NCBI GenBank assembly: GCA_036479435.1
Contig: JAZGFI010000170.1
Coordinates: 1-64,000, forward strand
Reading direction: 5' to 3'
Source of the DNA: Planctomycetota bacterium
GTDB lineage: Bacteria; Planctomycetota; GCA-002687715; DRQF01
Length of the DNA: 64,000 bases
The position numbers were made by a program, and so were the translations under genes. The first letter of the stretch is position 1, and every line of letters begins with the position of its first letter. The notes below the pieces were generated by a model. It was not told where the DNA came from. It made no database searches and worked only from the letters and a program-made list of their open reading frames with translations. Shown piece by piece: positions 9,708 through 21,148 of the stretch.

Positions 9708-9741
9708 GCCAGCCCCCCCAAAAGGGGCTGGCTTTTTCTTT
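9708..9741 (+). terminator. Intrinsic terminator
   Basis: GCCAGCCCC-loop-GGGGCTGGC followed by TTTTTCTTT. Confidence 0.85.
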
Positions 9742-9942
9742 GCTGGAACTGTGAAGATCTGAGCGGGCCCCGGGGGAGTTTCATGGGAGGAGTACTTGGT
9801 CAGTCAATTGAGAGGGAGTCGTACAAACTGTTGAGATTCGAGAGGGTTTTCGCCATTTGGGGGTTGGATGGCCATTGGTTTTTCGCTGTAATCATCGATG
9901 TGAATTGTAGAGCCTCAGCCCACAACCATGGAAAACAGAATC

Positions 9943-11842
<1,900 letters not shown>

Positions 11843-12278
11843 GGAACTCCGAGGTCCGCTTCGAGCCCCTTAGATCATCATTGAGCTTCGGCTTCCGCCG
11901 CAGGCCCTACCCTGGGTCAGCGGCTTTTCTCGTGGCCCTGGCTGCGGACAACGAATTCGAGATTTCTCGCTTGGATTCGCTTCAAGTCTTCCGCTGTCAG
12001 TCCGTGTGCGAAGGCCAGCGACGGTGCTGGAGTCGCTTCTTATCCATGAGGAGACGGAAAGACGACGCCGTGCTTGGGGCGATCGAAGGCTCGATCAAGG
12101 GATCATCGATGCTTTTGATGACCGGCAGTGGTGAGCGCCCGTTTCCTTCAGTTCGAAACAGGATCCCTTTTCCAGGGAGCCGGTTTTTTGAGGGTCCGCC
12201 TCGGATCTCGTGCCACCTTGCCCCCCCCGGTCGATAAGACTTGAGGCGCGCGAGGCGCAAACTGCAGGGAGGATCTTG

Positions 12279-13685
12279 ATGCTCATTTTTGAACAGTTCT
12301 ATCTTTCGTGCTTGGCGCAGGCTTCTTACCTGATCGGCGATTCGGAAACGGGCGTGGCCGTCGTGGTCGATCCGCGCCGCGACGTCGACGTTTATTTCGA
12401 TGCGGCCGAGGCTCAAGGGCTGCGCATCGAGCACGTCTTGTTGACGCATTTTCACGCCGACTTTCTCGCTGGACACATTGAACTGCGCGACCGCGTCGGC
12501 GCGAAACTCCACCTCGGTGCCGCCGCGCAGGCGGACTACAAGTTCTTGCCCATGATCGATGGCGATGAGCTGAGCTTGGGGGCGGTCCGGCTTTGGTTCT
12601 TGGCGACACCGGGGCACACTCCGGAAAGCACTTCGATCTTGGTTTTCGATGGCGTTCAGAAAAACCCTCATGCCGTGCTGACGGGGGATACGCTGTTCAT
12701 TGGCGATGTCGGGCGCCCGGACCTCATGGCCTCCATCGGTATCAGCGCGGAAGAACTCGCAGGCGATTTATTCCAGTCACTGCACCACAAACTGCTGATG
12801 CTCCCCGACGAGACCCTGGTTTATCCCGGTCATGGCGCGGGCTCGATGTGTGGCAAAAGTCTATCCAGCGAAACCGTATCGACGATTGGCGCTCAACGTG
12901 CCACCAACTACGCCCTGCAGCCGATGTCGAAAAGTGACTTCATCGAGCTCGTAACTTCCAACCTCCCGAAAACTCCCGGCTACTTCGCCTACAACGCCGA
13001 CCTCAATCGCCGCGAGCGACCGAATCTCGAAAGTGCATTGCGAGAATCAGTCAGGGGATTAGACCTCGAAGAATTTCTCGCTTTGCGCGACAGGTCCGGA
13101 GCCTGGGTTGTTGATAGCCGCAGCGCCGGTGATTTTGCCCCAGCTCATCTCGCTGGCAGTCTCAACGTTGGACTCGACGGCATGCTGGCGACTTGGGCGG
13201 GTTCGACCATTCCCTCCGATCAGCCGCTGATGATCGTGGCCGAGCCCGGTCGCGAGCATGAGACAATCCTCCGCTTCGGGCGCATTGGCTACGACCGAGT
13301 CTTGGGCTTTCTCGAAGGTGGGTTTGGAGCCTTGGCCGAACATCCCGACCAGCACCGGCAGATCGGAAGGGTATCCGTTGAGGGACTTTTCGCGGAGAGG
13401 CAAATCGGCGACGCCGCTGCACTTCTCGACGTTCGCAACGAAGGAGAATGGGAGCAGACAAAGATCGAGGGCTCCTTCAACATTCCCCTTCGCGAGCTCG
13501 AAAACCGTGCTTCCGAGTTGCCGCAGAACCGCGCGCTCGTGGTTCATTGTCGCACTGGGTACCGATCATCGTTGGCAGTATCCATCCTCCAGAGACTTGG
13601 CATCATGGGTGCCCGCGATCTCGTCGGCGGCATCGTAGCTTGGGAAGAGAATGGTCAGCCGGTGGTCAGGCCGCCCGCGGGCTAG
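12279..13685 (+). CDS. MBL-fold persulfide dioxygenase-like / rhodanese fusion (CstB/ETHE1-like)
   Basis: THFHADF metal motif, TPGHTPE, TGDTLFIGDVGRPDL, YPGHGAGSMCG. Two rhodanese domains, the last with HCRTGYRS. GGGAGG RBS. Confidence 0.9.
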   Translation: MLIFEQFYLSCLAQASYLIGDSETGVAVVVDPRRDVDVYFDAAEAQGLRIEHVLLTHFHADFLAGHIELRDRVGAKLHLGAAAQADYKFLPMIDGDELSLGAVRLWFLATPGHTPESTSILVFDGVQKNPHAVLTGDTLFIGDVGRPDLMASIGISAEELAGDLFQSLHHKLLMLPDETLVYPGHGAGSMCGKSLSSETVSTIGAQRATNYALQPMSKSDFIELVTSNLPKTPGYFAYNADLNRRERPNLESALRESVRGLDLEEFLALRDRSGAWVVDSRSAGDFAPAHLAGSLNVGLDGMLATWAGSTIPSDQPLMIVAEPGREHETILRFGRIGYDRVLGFLEGGFGALAEHPDQHRQIGRVSVEGLFAERQIGDAAALLDVRNEGEWEQTKIEGSFNIPLRELENRASELPQNRALVVHCRTGYRSSLAVSILQRLGIMGARDLVGGIVAWEENGQPVVRPPAG

Positions 13686-13736
13686 TCTTGAGGCGAGTTT
13701 GATAGACTCCGGTGCCGAACGAACGCGGAGCCTGCC

Positions 13737-16700
13737 TTGTCTAAATCGCCCCTCAATTGGAAAGCCGTCGCCTTCTTCTCGATGCTGCTTGGTCTTATTG
13801 CGGTCTCGATTGGAATAAGGACCTTGGTCCCCAACGCCGATGCGGCATGGAGGCCAGAACCAAGCCTCCCACAAGAGGAAAGCCTGCCGCCGGTCGACTT
13901 TGCTCGCGACGTCTTGCCGATCCTCAGCGATACCTGTTTCGCCTGCCACGGCCCCGATGCTGCGGCGCGCGAGGGGGATCTCCGGCTCGATCAGAAAAGC
14001 CAGATGATGCAGCAACTCGACGACGAGCTGTGGATCGTCGCACCGGGTAAGCCCCACTTGAGCGAGCTGATTGCGCGTATCGAAACCGATGACCTAGAAG
14101 AGGTGATGCCGCCTTCGGATTCAAAGACCCGGCTTACGGCAAAACAAAAGCAAGTGCTGCGTCGTTGGGTCCAAGAGGGAGCGGTGTGGGAAGAACATTG
14201 GGCCTTTCGTGCGCCCAAAAAGGCAGCGATTCCCCTTGGCGCCGACGCTAGCCCTTCGCGTCACCCGATCGATGGCTTTGTTTCGGCTCGTCATCGGGCG
14301 GCTGGCCTTAGCCCCTCGCCGGTCGCCGCAAAGGACTCTCTGCTGCGTCGCGCATTCCTCGACCTCGGCGGGTTGCCTCCGAGCCCCAAAGAGCGGGCAG
14401 CGTTTCTCGCCGACTCCAGCCAACAGGCCTACGCAAAGGCCCTCGACCGGCAGCTGTCTTCGCCGCGCTTCGGCCAACACTTAGCGGCTTATTGGATGGA
14501 TTTGGCCCGCTACGCCGACACCAACGGGCACTACTTCGACAACGAACGTACCATGTGGCCTTGGCGCGACTGGGTCGTCAACGCCTTCAACAGCAACCTG
14601 CCCTATAGCGAGTTTATCGTGGCGCAGATCGCCGGCGACCTGTTGCCCAACGCGACGGATGAACAGCGCATCGCCTCGGGTTTTAACCGCAACCATCCCG
14701 TGAGTTGGGAGAACGGGATCATCCCCGAAGAATACCGCGTCAAGTACGTATTCGACCGTACGGACACGACTGCGGCTGCGTTTTTAGGTCTGACGATGGG
14801 TTGCGCGCAATGCCACGACCATAAGTTCGATCCCATCTCCCACCTTGAGTACTTCAGTTTCTTCGCCTTTTTTAATCAGGTCACCGATCTTGGGGCGGAT
14901 GGGATCTACGGCAATGCACAGCCGACCTTGCCCGCACCCTCCACCGCACAACGAGATCGTTTGCGTGTCGTCTTGAATGAACGCCAAGGCCTGGACAAGG
15001 CGTTGAATGTGCCCCGGCCGATAGTCGAAGCCGCAGAGGAGGCTTGGATCAAGAACTGGGCTCCCCGCATCTTGAAGGCTTGGAAACCCTTGGGCGTCAT
15101 CAGTGCGAAATCGGAATCCGGGGCGACCCTGTCAATCGTCGATGACGGCGAGATGACCGCCAGTGGTGCTTTGCCCGCCAACGACGTTTATGATGTGCAT
15201 ACGACGACCGCACTCGAAACCGTTGCGCGTTTCCGCTTGGATGCGCTGAATGATCCAGCTTTGCCCAAAGGCGGTCCGGGGCGAGCTGTCGATGGCAACT
15301 TCATCCTCAATGATCTGGAGCTGACGGTTTCGCGCGACGGCGGCAAGACTTTTCAAGCCATCGCCCTGGAAAGGGCTGTCGCGGATACCGCTCGCCTTGG
15401 ATTCCACGCTTCCGCGGCCATCGACGACGACCCGAAGACGGGTTGGGCAGTGGGGCTAAACAACAAGGGGGCTACGCGCTCGTTGATGCTGGAACTCGAC
15501 CAGCTTTTGACGCGACAGCCCCAGGACCCCGCCTTCATTATTCGATGGCGCCTTCACCACGACGTCGGCTATCCCGATCACTCCTTGGGCCGCTTTGCTC
15601 TCTGGGCTTGTTCCGAGGCGGAACTCGGTCCCGATGACGTTCGCCTATCCTTGGGGCCCTGGCGTAGCCGCGACCTGGCGCCCGATCAAGCCGACATGCC
15701 CGCTGAAGACCTGGCCGCATCCGGCGGCTTTGTCGAGCAGCCGACTTGGCGGGACGGCCGTCTGCTCAAGATCTCTGCAGAGTCTTCACGCGTCTTGTTG
15801 CGTCGGAGCCTCGACGTCAGTGCTGACGCGAGTTTTCGGCTTGAGATTTCCGCCGCTTCCGGTCTTAGGGTCTGGCTAGACGGCGAACTAAAACACCATC
15901 ATCTGCAAGAGCGCAGCATCATCCCCGCGCAGGACCGGGTGCCGCTCGTGTTAACAGCGGGGCACCACAAACTCTTGGTCGAGTTAAGGACCGACGCCAA
16001 AAATCCCGCGGACTTCTACTTCGATCTTCGCCGGGCCGCGACCGAAAGCCTAGAGTTCGAAGCCGAAGTGATCGTCACCCGCCCAGAGTTTCACAAAAAC
16101 GAGCCGGCCCTGATGGCGCTGCGGCGCTACTACCGGCGGCGTTTTCATCCCGAGCTTCGCGAGCTCATCGACGAATATGATCGCGTCGATCAACTCGCGC
16201 ATCGGCTCGTCGATGAAGTCCCAACTCCGATGGTGATGGAAGACCGTAAGAATCCTCGCAAGTCTCATCTGCTTTTGCGAGGTCGCTACGATCAACCTGG
16301 TGAGGAAGTTACCCCGAACACCCCGGCGGCCCTGCCGCCGCTAAACGCCCGCGGTCCAGGTCTCGCCGACCGCTTGGATCTGGCGCGTTGGATGATCGAC
16401 CCGTCCCATCCTCTTACTGCTCGTGTCGTCGTGAACCGAGTCTGGGAGCAGCTTTTTGGCAAAGGGTTCGTGCCCACGGCGCAAGATTTTGGGATACGCG
16501 GCGAAAGGCCTTCTCATCCAAAACTGCTAGACTGGTTGGCCGTCGAATTCGTTGAATCCGCTTGGGATCTAAAAGCGCTCTACAAGCTCATCATGACGTC
16601 TGATACTTACCGAAGAAACTCAGTGGCCGTGGCGAACAGCCGGCAATCCGATCCTGAGAACCGCTGGCTCACCCGGGGACCTCGCACTCGGCTTTCCGCT

Positions 16701-17321
16701 GAAACCTTGCGTGATCAGGCGCTTTACGTCGCGGGTCGACTTAATGAGGCACAGGGCGGGCGGTCCTTTTTTCCTTATCAGCCCCCGGGAATCTGGGAAG
16801 AGGTGAGTGGGACCGGCGGCGCATCAGCGCAGTTTTACCGGCAAAGCCACGGCGATGACCTTTATCGTCGGAGCCTTTATGTGTTTTGGAAACGCTCTGC
16901 GCCCTGGCCGCCATTTTTGATCTTCGATGCCCCGACCCGAGATATTTGCACGGTCTCACGTCAGGTCACTAACACCCCGCAGCAGGCCTTGGTGTTGATG
17001 AACGAAACCTCTTTTGTCGAAGCGGCACGACTCTTCGCCGAGCGCCTCTTGAACGATCCAGCCGTCGAGGACGAAGCTCGGCTGAAACGGGCCTTTTTGT
17101 ACGCACTGTCGCGTGAAGCCGAAACCGAGGAACTTCGCACTCTGCAGGTCTTGTTGGCGGCGGAGCGGCGCTCTTTCCGTGAGAATCCACAGGCGGCGAA
17201 GCTGCTTCTTGAAGTTGGCGAGACGCCAGCGTCTACGGAGTTCGACGCGATCGAGTTGGCCGCCTGGGCTCTCGTTGCGAACACCATCATGAATCTCGAT
17301 GAAATGGTGACCAAAGAATGA
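13737..17321 (+). CDS. Planctomycete cytochrome c / DUF1549 / DUF1553 (PSCyt, PSD1) protein
   Basis: CFACHGPD, WMDLARYADT, CAQCHDHKFDP, VNRVWEQLFG, HPKLLDWLA, TNTPQQALVLMN. Confidence 0.93.
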   Translation: MSKSPLNWKAVAFFSMLLGLIAVSIGIRTLVPNADAAWRPEPSLPQEESLPPVDFARDVLPILSDTCFACHGPDAAAREGDLRLDQKSQMMQQLDDELWIVAPGKPHLSELIARIETDDLEEVMPPSDSKTRLTAKQKQVLRRWVQEGAVWEEHWAFRAPKKAAIPLGADASPSRHPIDGFVSARHRAAGLSPSPVAAKDSLLRRAFLDLGGLPPSPKERAAFLADSSQQAYAKALDRQLSSPRFGQHLAAYWMDLARYADTNGHYFDNERTMWPWRDWVVNAFNSNLPYSEFIVAQIAGDLLPNATDEQRIASGFNRNHPVSWENGIIPEEYRVKYVFDRTDTTAAAFLGLTMGCAQCHDHKFDPISHLEYFSFFAFFNQVTDLGADGIYGNAQPTLPAPSTAQRDRLRVVLNERQGLDKALNVPRPIVEAAEEAWIKNWAPRILKAWKPLGVISAKSESGATLSIVDDGEMTASGALPANDVYDVHTTTALETVARFRLDALNDPALPKGGPGRAVDGNFILNDLELTVSRDGGKTFQAIALERAVADTARLGFHASAAIDDDPKTGWAVGLNNKGATRSLMLELDQLLTRQPQDPAFIIRWRLHHDVGYPDHSLGRFALWACSEAELGPDDVRLSLGPWRSRDLAPDQADMPAEDLAASGGFVEQPTWRDGRLLKISAESSRVLLRRSLDVSADASFRLEISAASGLRVWLDGELKHHHLQERSIIPAQDRVPLVLTAGHHKLLVELRTDAKNPADFYFDLRRAATESLEFEAEVIVTRPEFHKNEPALMALRRYYRRRFHPELRELIDEYDRVDQLAHRLVDEVPTPMVMEDRKNPRKSHLLLRGRYDQPGEEVTPNTPAALPPLNARGPGLADRLDLARWMIDPSHPLTARVVVNRVWEQLFGKGFVPTAQDFGIRGERPSHPKLLDWLAVEFVESAWDLKALYKLIMTSDTYRRNSVAVANSRQSDPENRWLTRGPRTRLSAETLRDQALYVAGRLNEAQGGRSFFPYQPPGIWEEVSGTGGASAQFYRQSHGDDLYRRSLYVFWKRSAPWPPFLIFDAPTRDICTVSRQVTNTPQQALVLMNETSFVEAARLFAERLLNDPAVEDEARLKRAFLYALSREAETEELRTLQVLLAAERRSFRENPQAAKLLLEVGETPASTEFDAIELAAWALVANTIMNLDEMVTKE

Positions 17322-18751
17322 GGCGCGAAGACCGACGACAATTTTTGGCTCGCCTCGGTGCCGGGGCCTTTGCTAGCGCCGCCATGGGATCGCGAATCGG
17401 CCCGACCTTGGCTAACACTGCCGAGGTCGGGGGCACCCTGGGCCCGATCCCACACCATCGACCGCGAGCCAAACGCGTGGTGTTTTTGTTTCAGTCCGGC
17501 GCGCCTTCGCAGTTGGAACTCATCGACTACAAGCCCGGTTTGAAAAAACTGCACGGCAGCGAGTTTCCCCCTTCGGTCCGCGATGGACAACGTCTCACGT
17601 TGATGACCGCTAATCAGAGTTCTTTTCCCATTGTCTCACCGATGTTTGGTTTTTCGCAACAGGGCCAAAGTGGGAGATGGTGGGGCGATCTCACACCGCA
17701 TACCGCAAAGATTGTGGATGACCTATGCGTGATCAAGTCGATGCACACCGAAGCGATCAATCACGATCCCGGCATCACCATGTTTCAGACCGGTTCTCAG
17801 ATTCCCGGCCGGCCATCCATGGGATCATGGGTGGCATGGGCTCTCGGCGGGTTTTCAAAGGACCTACCGCCCTTCGTCGTCTTGATCTCTCAAGGCAGCG
17901 CCTTACGCGCCGCTCAGCCCTTATTCGCGCGGCTGTGGGGTGCGGGGTTTTTGCCTTCCTCGCATCAGGGGGTGAAGTTTCGCAGCCAAAACGATCCGGT
18001 GCTGTATCTGCAAGATCCTCCCGGTGTTTCATCGGCAGCCCGGCGGCGGATGTTGAACGCCCTGCGCGAACTGAACTCGCGCAAGGCCGCGCTTAGTGGA
18101 GACCCCGAGGTCGGCACACGAATGGGACAGTACGACTTGGCGCACCGGATGCAGAATTCGGTGCCCGAACTCGCGGATTTATCGAAAGAGCCGGATTCGA
18201 CCTTTGAGCTTTACGGCCAAGACGCTCGCAAGCCCGGGACTTACGCCTCGAACTGTCTGATGGCAAGGCGGCTTTTGGAACGCGGAGTGCGTTTCGTACA
18301 GCTTTACCACCGCGGCTGGGACCAACACGAAAACCTCCCCGCTGACATTCAGCGGCAATGCCGCGACACCGATCAGGGTAGCGCTGCCTTAGTGATGGAC
18401 CTAAAGCGCCGCGGCTTGTTGGAAGACACCCTCGTGATCTGGGGGGGAGAGTTTGGGCGCACGGCGTTTTGCCAGGGTCGGCTTACGGGCAGCAACTACG
18501 GGCGAGACCACCATCCGCGTGCTTTCTCAATGTGGATGGCGGGGGCTGGCGTGAAGGCCGGAACGGAGTACGGAAAAACCGACGACTTCTCCTACAACAT
18601 CGTCGAGAATCCCGTCCATGTTCACGACCTTCAGGCGACGATCCTTCACCTTTTGGGAATGGATCACGAGCGTGTCACCTACCGCTATCTCGGCCGCGAC
18701 TTCCGACTCACTGATGTCGCGGGAAAGGTCGTCCACGACATCTTGACCTAA
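17318..18751 (+). CDS. DUF1501 family protein with a Tat signal
   Basis: RRQFL Tat motif, GAPSQLE, AINHDP, GWDQH, WGGEFGRT, GRDHHP. ATGA overlap with the PSCyt gene. Confidence 0.93.
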   Translation: MRREDRRQFLARLGAGAFASAAMGSRIGPTLANTAEVGGTLGPIPHHRPRAKRVVFLFQSGAPSQLELIDYKPGLKKLHGSEFPPSVRDGQRLTLMTANQSSFPIVSPMFGFSQQGQSGRWWGDLTPHTAKIVDDLCVIKSMHTEAINHDPGITMFQTGSQIPGRPSMGSWVAWALGGFSKDLPPFVVLISQGSALRAAQPLFARLWGAGFLPSSHQGVKFRSQNDPVLYLQDPPGVSSAARRRMLNALRELNSRKAALSGDPEVGTRMGQYDLAHRMQNSVPELADLSKEPDSTFELYGQDARKPGTYASNCLMARRLLERGVRFVQLYHRGWDQHENLPADIQRQCRDTDQGSAALVMDLKRRGLLEDTLVIWGGEFGRTAFCQGRLTGSNYGRDHHPRAFSMWMAGAGVKAGTEYGKTDDFSYNIVENPVHVHDLQATILHLLGMDHERVTYRYLGRDFRLTDVAGKVVHDILT

Positions 18752-18761
18752 GACCTCAAGG

Positions 18762-20828
18762 CTATTCTGCCTTAAGGTGCCGATCGAAGAACTCCCAAAG
18801 GGTCTTGCTGGCTCCGCGCCCCAAGCCGTGGCCGCTGTTGGGGAAAAACCGGCTTTCGTAGCTCGCATCGTTGCGATCGAGCGCGGCGATGAGCTGAAAG
18901 GCGTTGGTGGGATGGACGTTGTCATCAATCATGCCGTGCATGATGAGAAGATGGCTACCCGAGCGTTTGTAGTTGCGGATGTATTTTTTGTTCATGGCGC
19001 GCCCGACGTCGTAGCCCTTTTTGTTGAGCTGTGGCGTGCTCATGTAGCGTTCGGTGTAGATCGTGTCGTAGTGACGCCAGTCCGTAACTCCTGACATGTT
19101 GACGCCAGCGTGATAGACATCGGGGTGTTTTAGGACGCCCATTGCTGTCATGTAGCCGCCGTAGGACGACCCAATGATGCCGACGCGGTCGCCATTGAAG
19201 TAAGGGCGTTTACTCAACAGGCGAATGGCATCGGCGTGGTCTTGGATATCGACATCACCGAGTCGAAGGTAGTTGGCCCCCAGAAAGGCCTTGCCCCGGT
19301 TGCCAGTGCCGCGGTTGTTAACTTTGACGACGAGGTATCCCCGGCCGTTTTCGCGGCGCGGCCTGGAAACATAGCGAGCCGAAATTTCGTTGGACCCGGG
19401 GCCGGCGTAGAGCGAGTTGATGACGGGATAGACTTTCGATGCGTCGAAGTCCTTGGGTTTGTAGAGAATGCCGTAGATATCAAAGCGGTCGTCGGCGGAT
19501 CGAAACTTGAACATCTCCGCCAGGTTGGCCGCGTCTTTGGGATCGGCTTCCGCCAGCTTGGCGATGAGTTTTCCCTTCGTGTCGTAAAGCACGGTACAGG
19601 GAGGCGTGTTGACCTCTTCGTACTGGGCGACCAGCCATTTACGATCCGGAGATAAGTTGAACTTCGAATGGTGATAGTCGAGACTCGTCACCCGGTGTTG
19701 TTTCGTGCCATCGAGATTGCCGATGTGGAATTGCAGGTAGTAGGGGTTATTCTTGGAGCTATAAGCGGCAAAGGCCAACTCGCCGGCATCTTCGTCTAGC
19801 CAGCGAATGCCCGCGGTTTGATAGTCACCTCGGGTGACAGTGTGGTGAAGAGTCCCGTCGAGATCGCGTAGCTCGTAGTGCGTGAAGCCGGATTTTTCGG
19901 TCGGCCATAAAAAGCGATGCCCATCGGCAAGGTAGCGCATCGAAGGTCTGTTGGACTGCCAGGTGTCTTGGTTTTCTTCAACGATGGTCGTGCAAGCACC
20001 GGTCTCAAGGTCGATGCGAAAGACCTTGAGGTGCTGTTGCAAGCGGTCTGTCCAGTTGACCAGCATCGCCTTGCCATCGGCCGACGCGCGCACGCCGTAG
20101 ATATACTCCTCAGATCCGCCTCCGGCGTCGATCTCGACGGTTTTCTTCGTGGCGAGGTCGTAGACTAAAAGCGCGGCGGCGGGATTTTGGGCGCCGGCCT
20201 TGGGGTAAAACTCTGGGTAGTGTTTCGTGTTGAGTTTGCTCCAACCCGTCACGAGGTGAAAAGGTATGACGCCGGTGTCGTCGAATTTGTAGAATAAGAT
20301 CTTCTTCGAGTCAGGCGTCCACCACATGGCCGTGTTTTGGTTGAGTTCTTCGCCGTAGACCCAGCTTGCGGTGCCGTAGTGAACCCTTGCGTTGCCGTCA
20401 GCCGTGACGGCAACACTGCCCGACCCGTTTTTGGGTTTTAAGACGAGGTTCCAGTTTTCGTAGTGAGCTTCCCAGGCACCATCAGGGGAGTCGACCCGAG
20501 TGTACTGTCTGCCTCGCCCGGGACGTCCCTTGTAGTCACCGGTCGAGGCCGGGGCGGTGTCGCGGCTCGACCGCCGGCTGGCGAGACTTTTGGAGTTGTC
20601 ATCCGCTTCGCCATCGAATTCGATTTGCTTTTTGCTCTCAAGATCGAAGCGATAGGCCGTCTTTTGCTTGCTGAAGTAAAGATAGCGACCGTCGTCACTC
20701 CAACGAACTTTCGATACGACACCGGGGCCGTTCCCGCTTCCGCGCTGGGCTTGCAAAGTCGATGTCGATGACAACAACAAGATCGAGCTGGCGAGGGTGA
20801 AAAGAGCGATCGGCAGGACTCGTAGCAT
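18762..20828 (-). CDS. Secreted S9B dipeptidyl-peptidase IV-like peptidase
   Basis: Signal peptide, WVYGEEL, nucleophile elbow GSSYGG, YDTIYTERYM, HGMIDDNVH, catalytic His in SGHG. Confidence 0.92.
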   Translation of the reverse strand: MLRVLPIALFTLASSILLLSSTSTLQAQRGSGNGPGVVSKVRWSDDGRYLYFSKQKTAYRFDLESKKQIEFDGEADDNSKSLASRRSSRDTAPASTGDYKGRPGRGRQYTRVDSPDGAWEAHYENWNLVLKPKNGSGSVAVTADGNARVHYGTASWVYGEELNQNTAMWWTPDSKKILFYKFDDTGVIPFHLVTGWSKLNTKHYPEFYPKAGAQNPAAALLVYDLATKKTVEIDAGGGSEEYIYGVRASADGKAMLVNWTDRLQQHLKVFRIDLETGACTTIVEENQDTWQSNRPSMRYLADGHRFLWPTEKSGFTHYELRDLDGTLHHTVTRGDYQTAGIRWLDEDAGELAFAAYSSKNNPYYLQFHIGNLDGTKQHRVTSLDYHHSKFNLSPDRKWLVAQYEEVNTPPCTVLYDTKGKLIAKLAEADPKDAANLAEMFKFRSADDRFDIYGILYKPKDFDASKVYPVINSLYAGPGSNEISARYVSRPRRENGRGYLVVKVNNRGTGNRGKAFLGANYLRLGDVDIQDHADAIRLLSKRPYFNGDRVGIIGSSYGGYMTAMGVLKHPDVYHAGVNMSGVTDWRHYDTIYTERYMSTPQLNKKGYDVGRAMNKKYIRNYKRSGSHLLIMHGMIDDNVHPTNAFQLIAALDRNDASYESRFFPNSGHGLGRGASKTLWEFFDRHLKAE

Positions 20829-21148
20829 GTTCTTTTTCCTTGGTGACCTAGGCTCTGGGCAGTCTATGCGATTCTGGCGGGACCGGATCTTGGCCCGCAA
20901 AAGATACGCGTTGGAGAAAGAGAGCCTTTCATCCTCTGCGGCTAAGCTTTTGATATTTGCGGACGATCCCGGGCCTGGTCAAATCGCTCAAACGCGGCCT
21001 CAGAGCCGAAATCAGCCTTCCATCGTGCACCGAGGAGAATACTGAGGAAAACCCGAAGGCAAAAACCGTGATAAGAAAGGCGAACACTCGCGTTATAAGA
21101 CCCAATCACGGCGGGACACTTGGTCCGCGCCCATCCCGAGGAAACCGA

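Noticed and set aside
11881..12237. 118-aa plus-strand ORF, and a protein-like minus-strand fragment (LAFAHGLTAEDLKRIQ) that might be a transposase relic
   Set aside because: No recognisable motif, several stops, and no support without a database search.
21040..21115. c-di-GMP riboswitch upstream of the redoxin
   Set aside because: Only a short CCGTGAT/ATCACGG inverted repeat is present; the conserved two-hairpin motif is absent.
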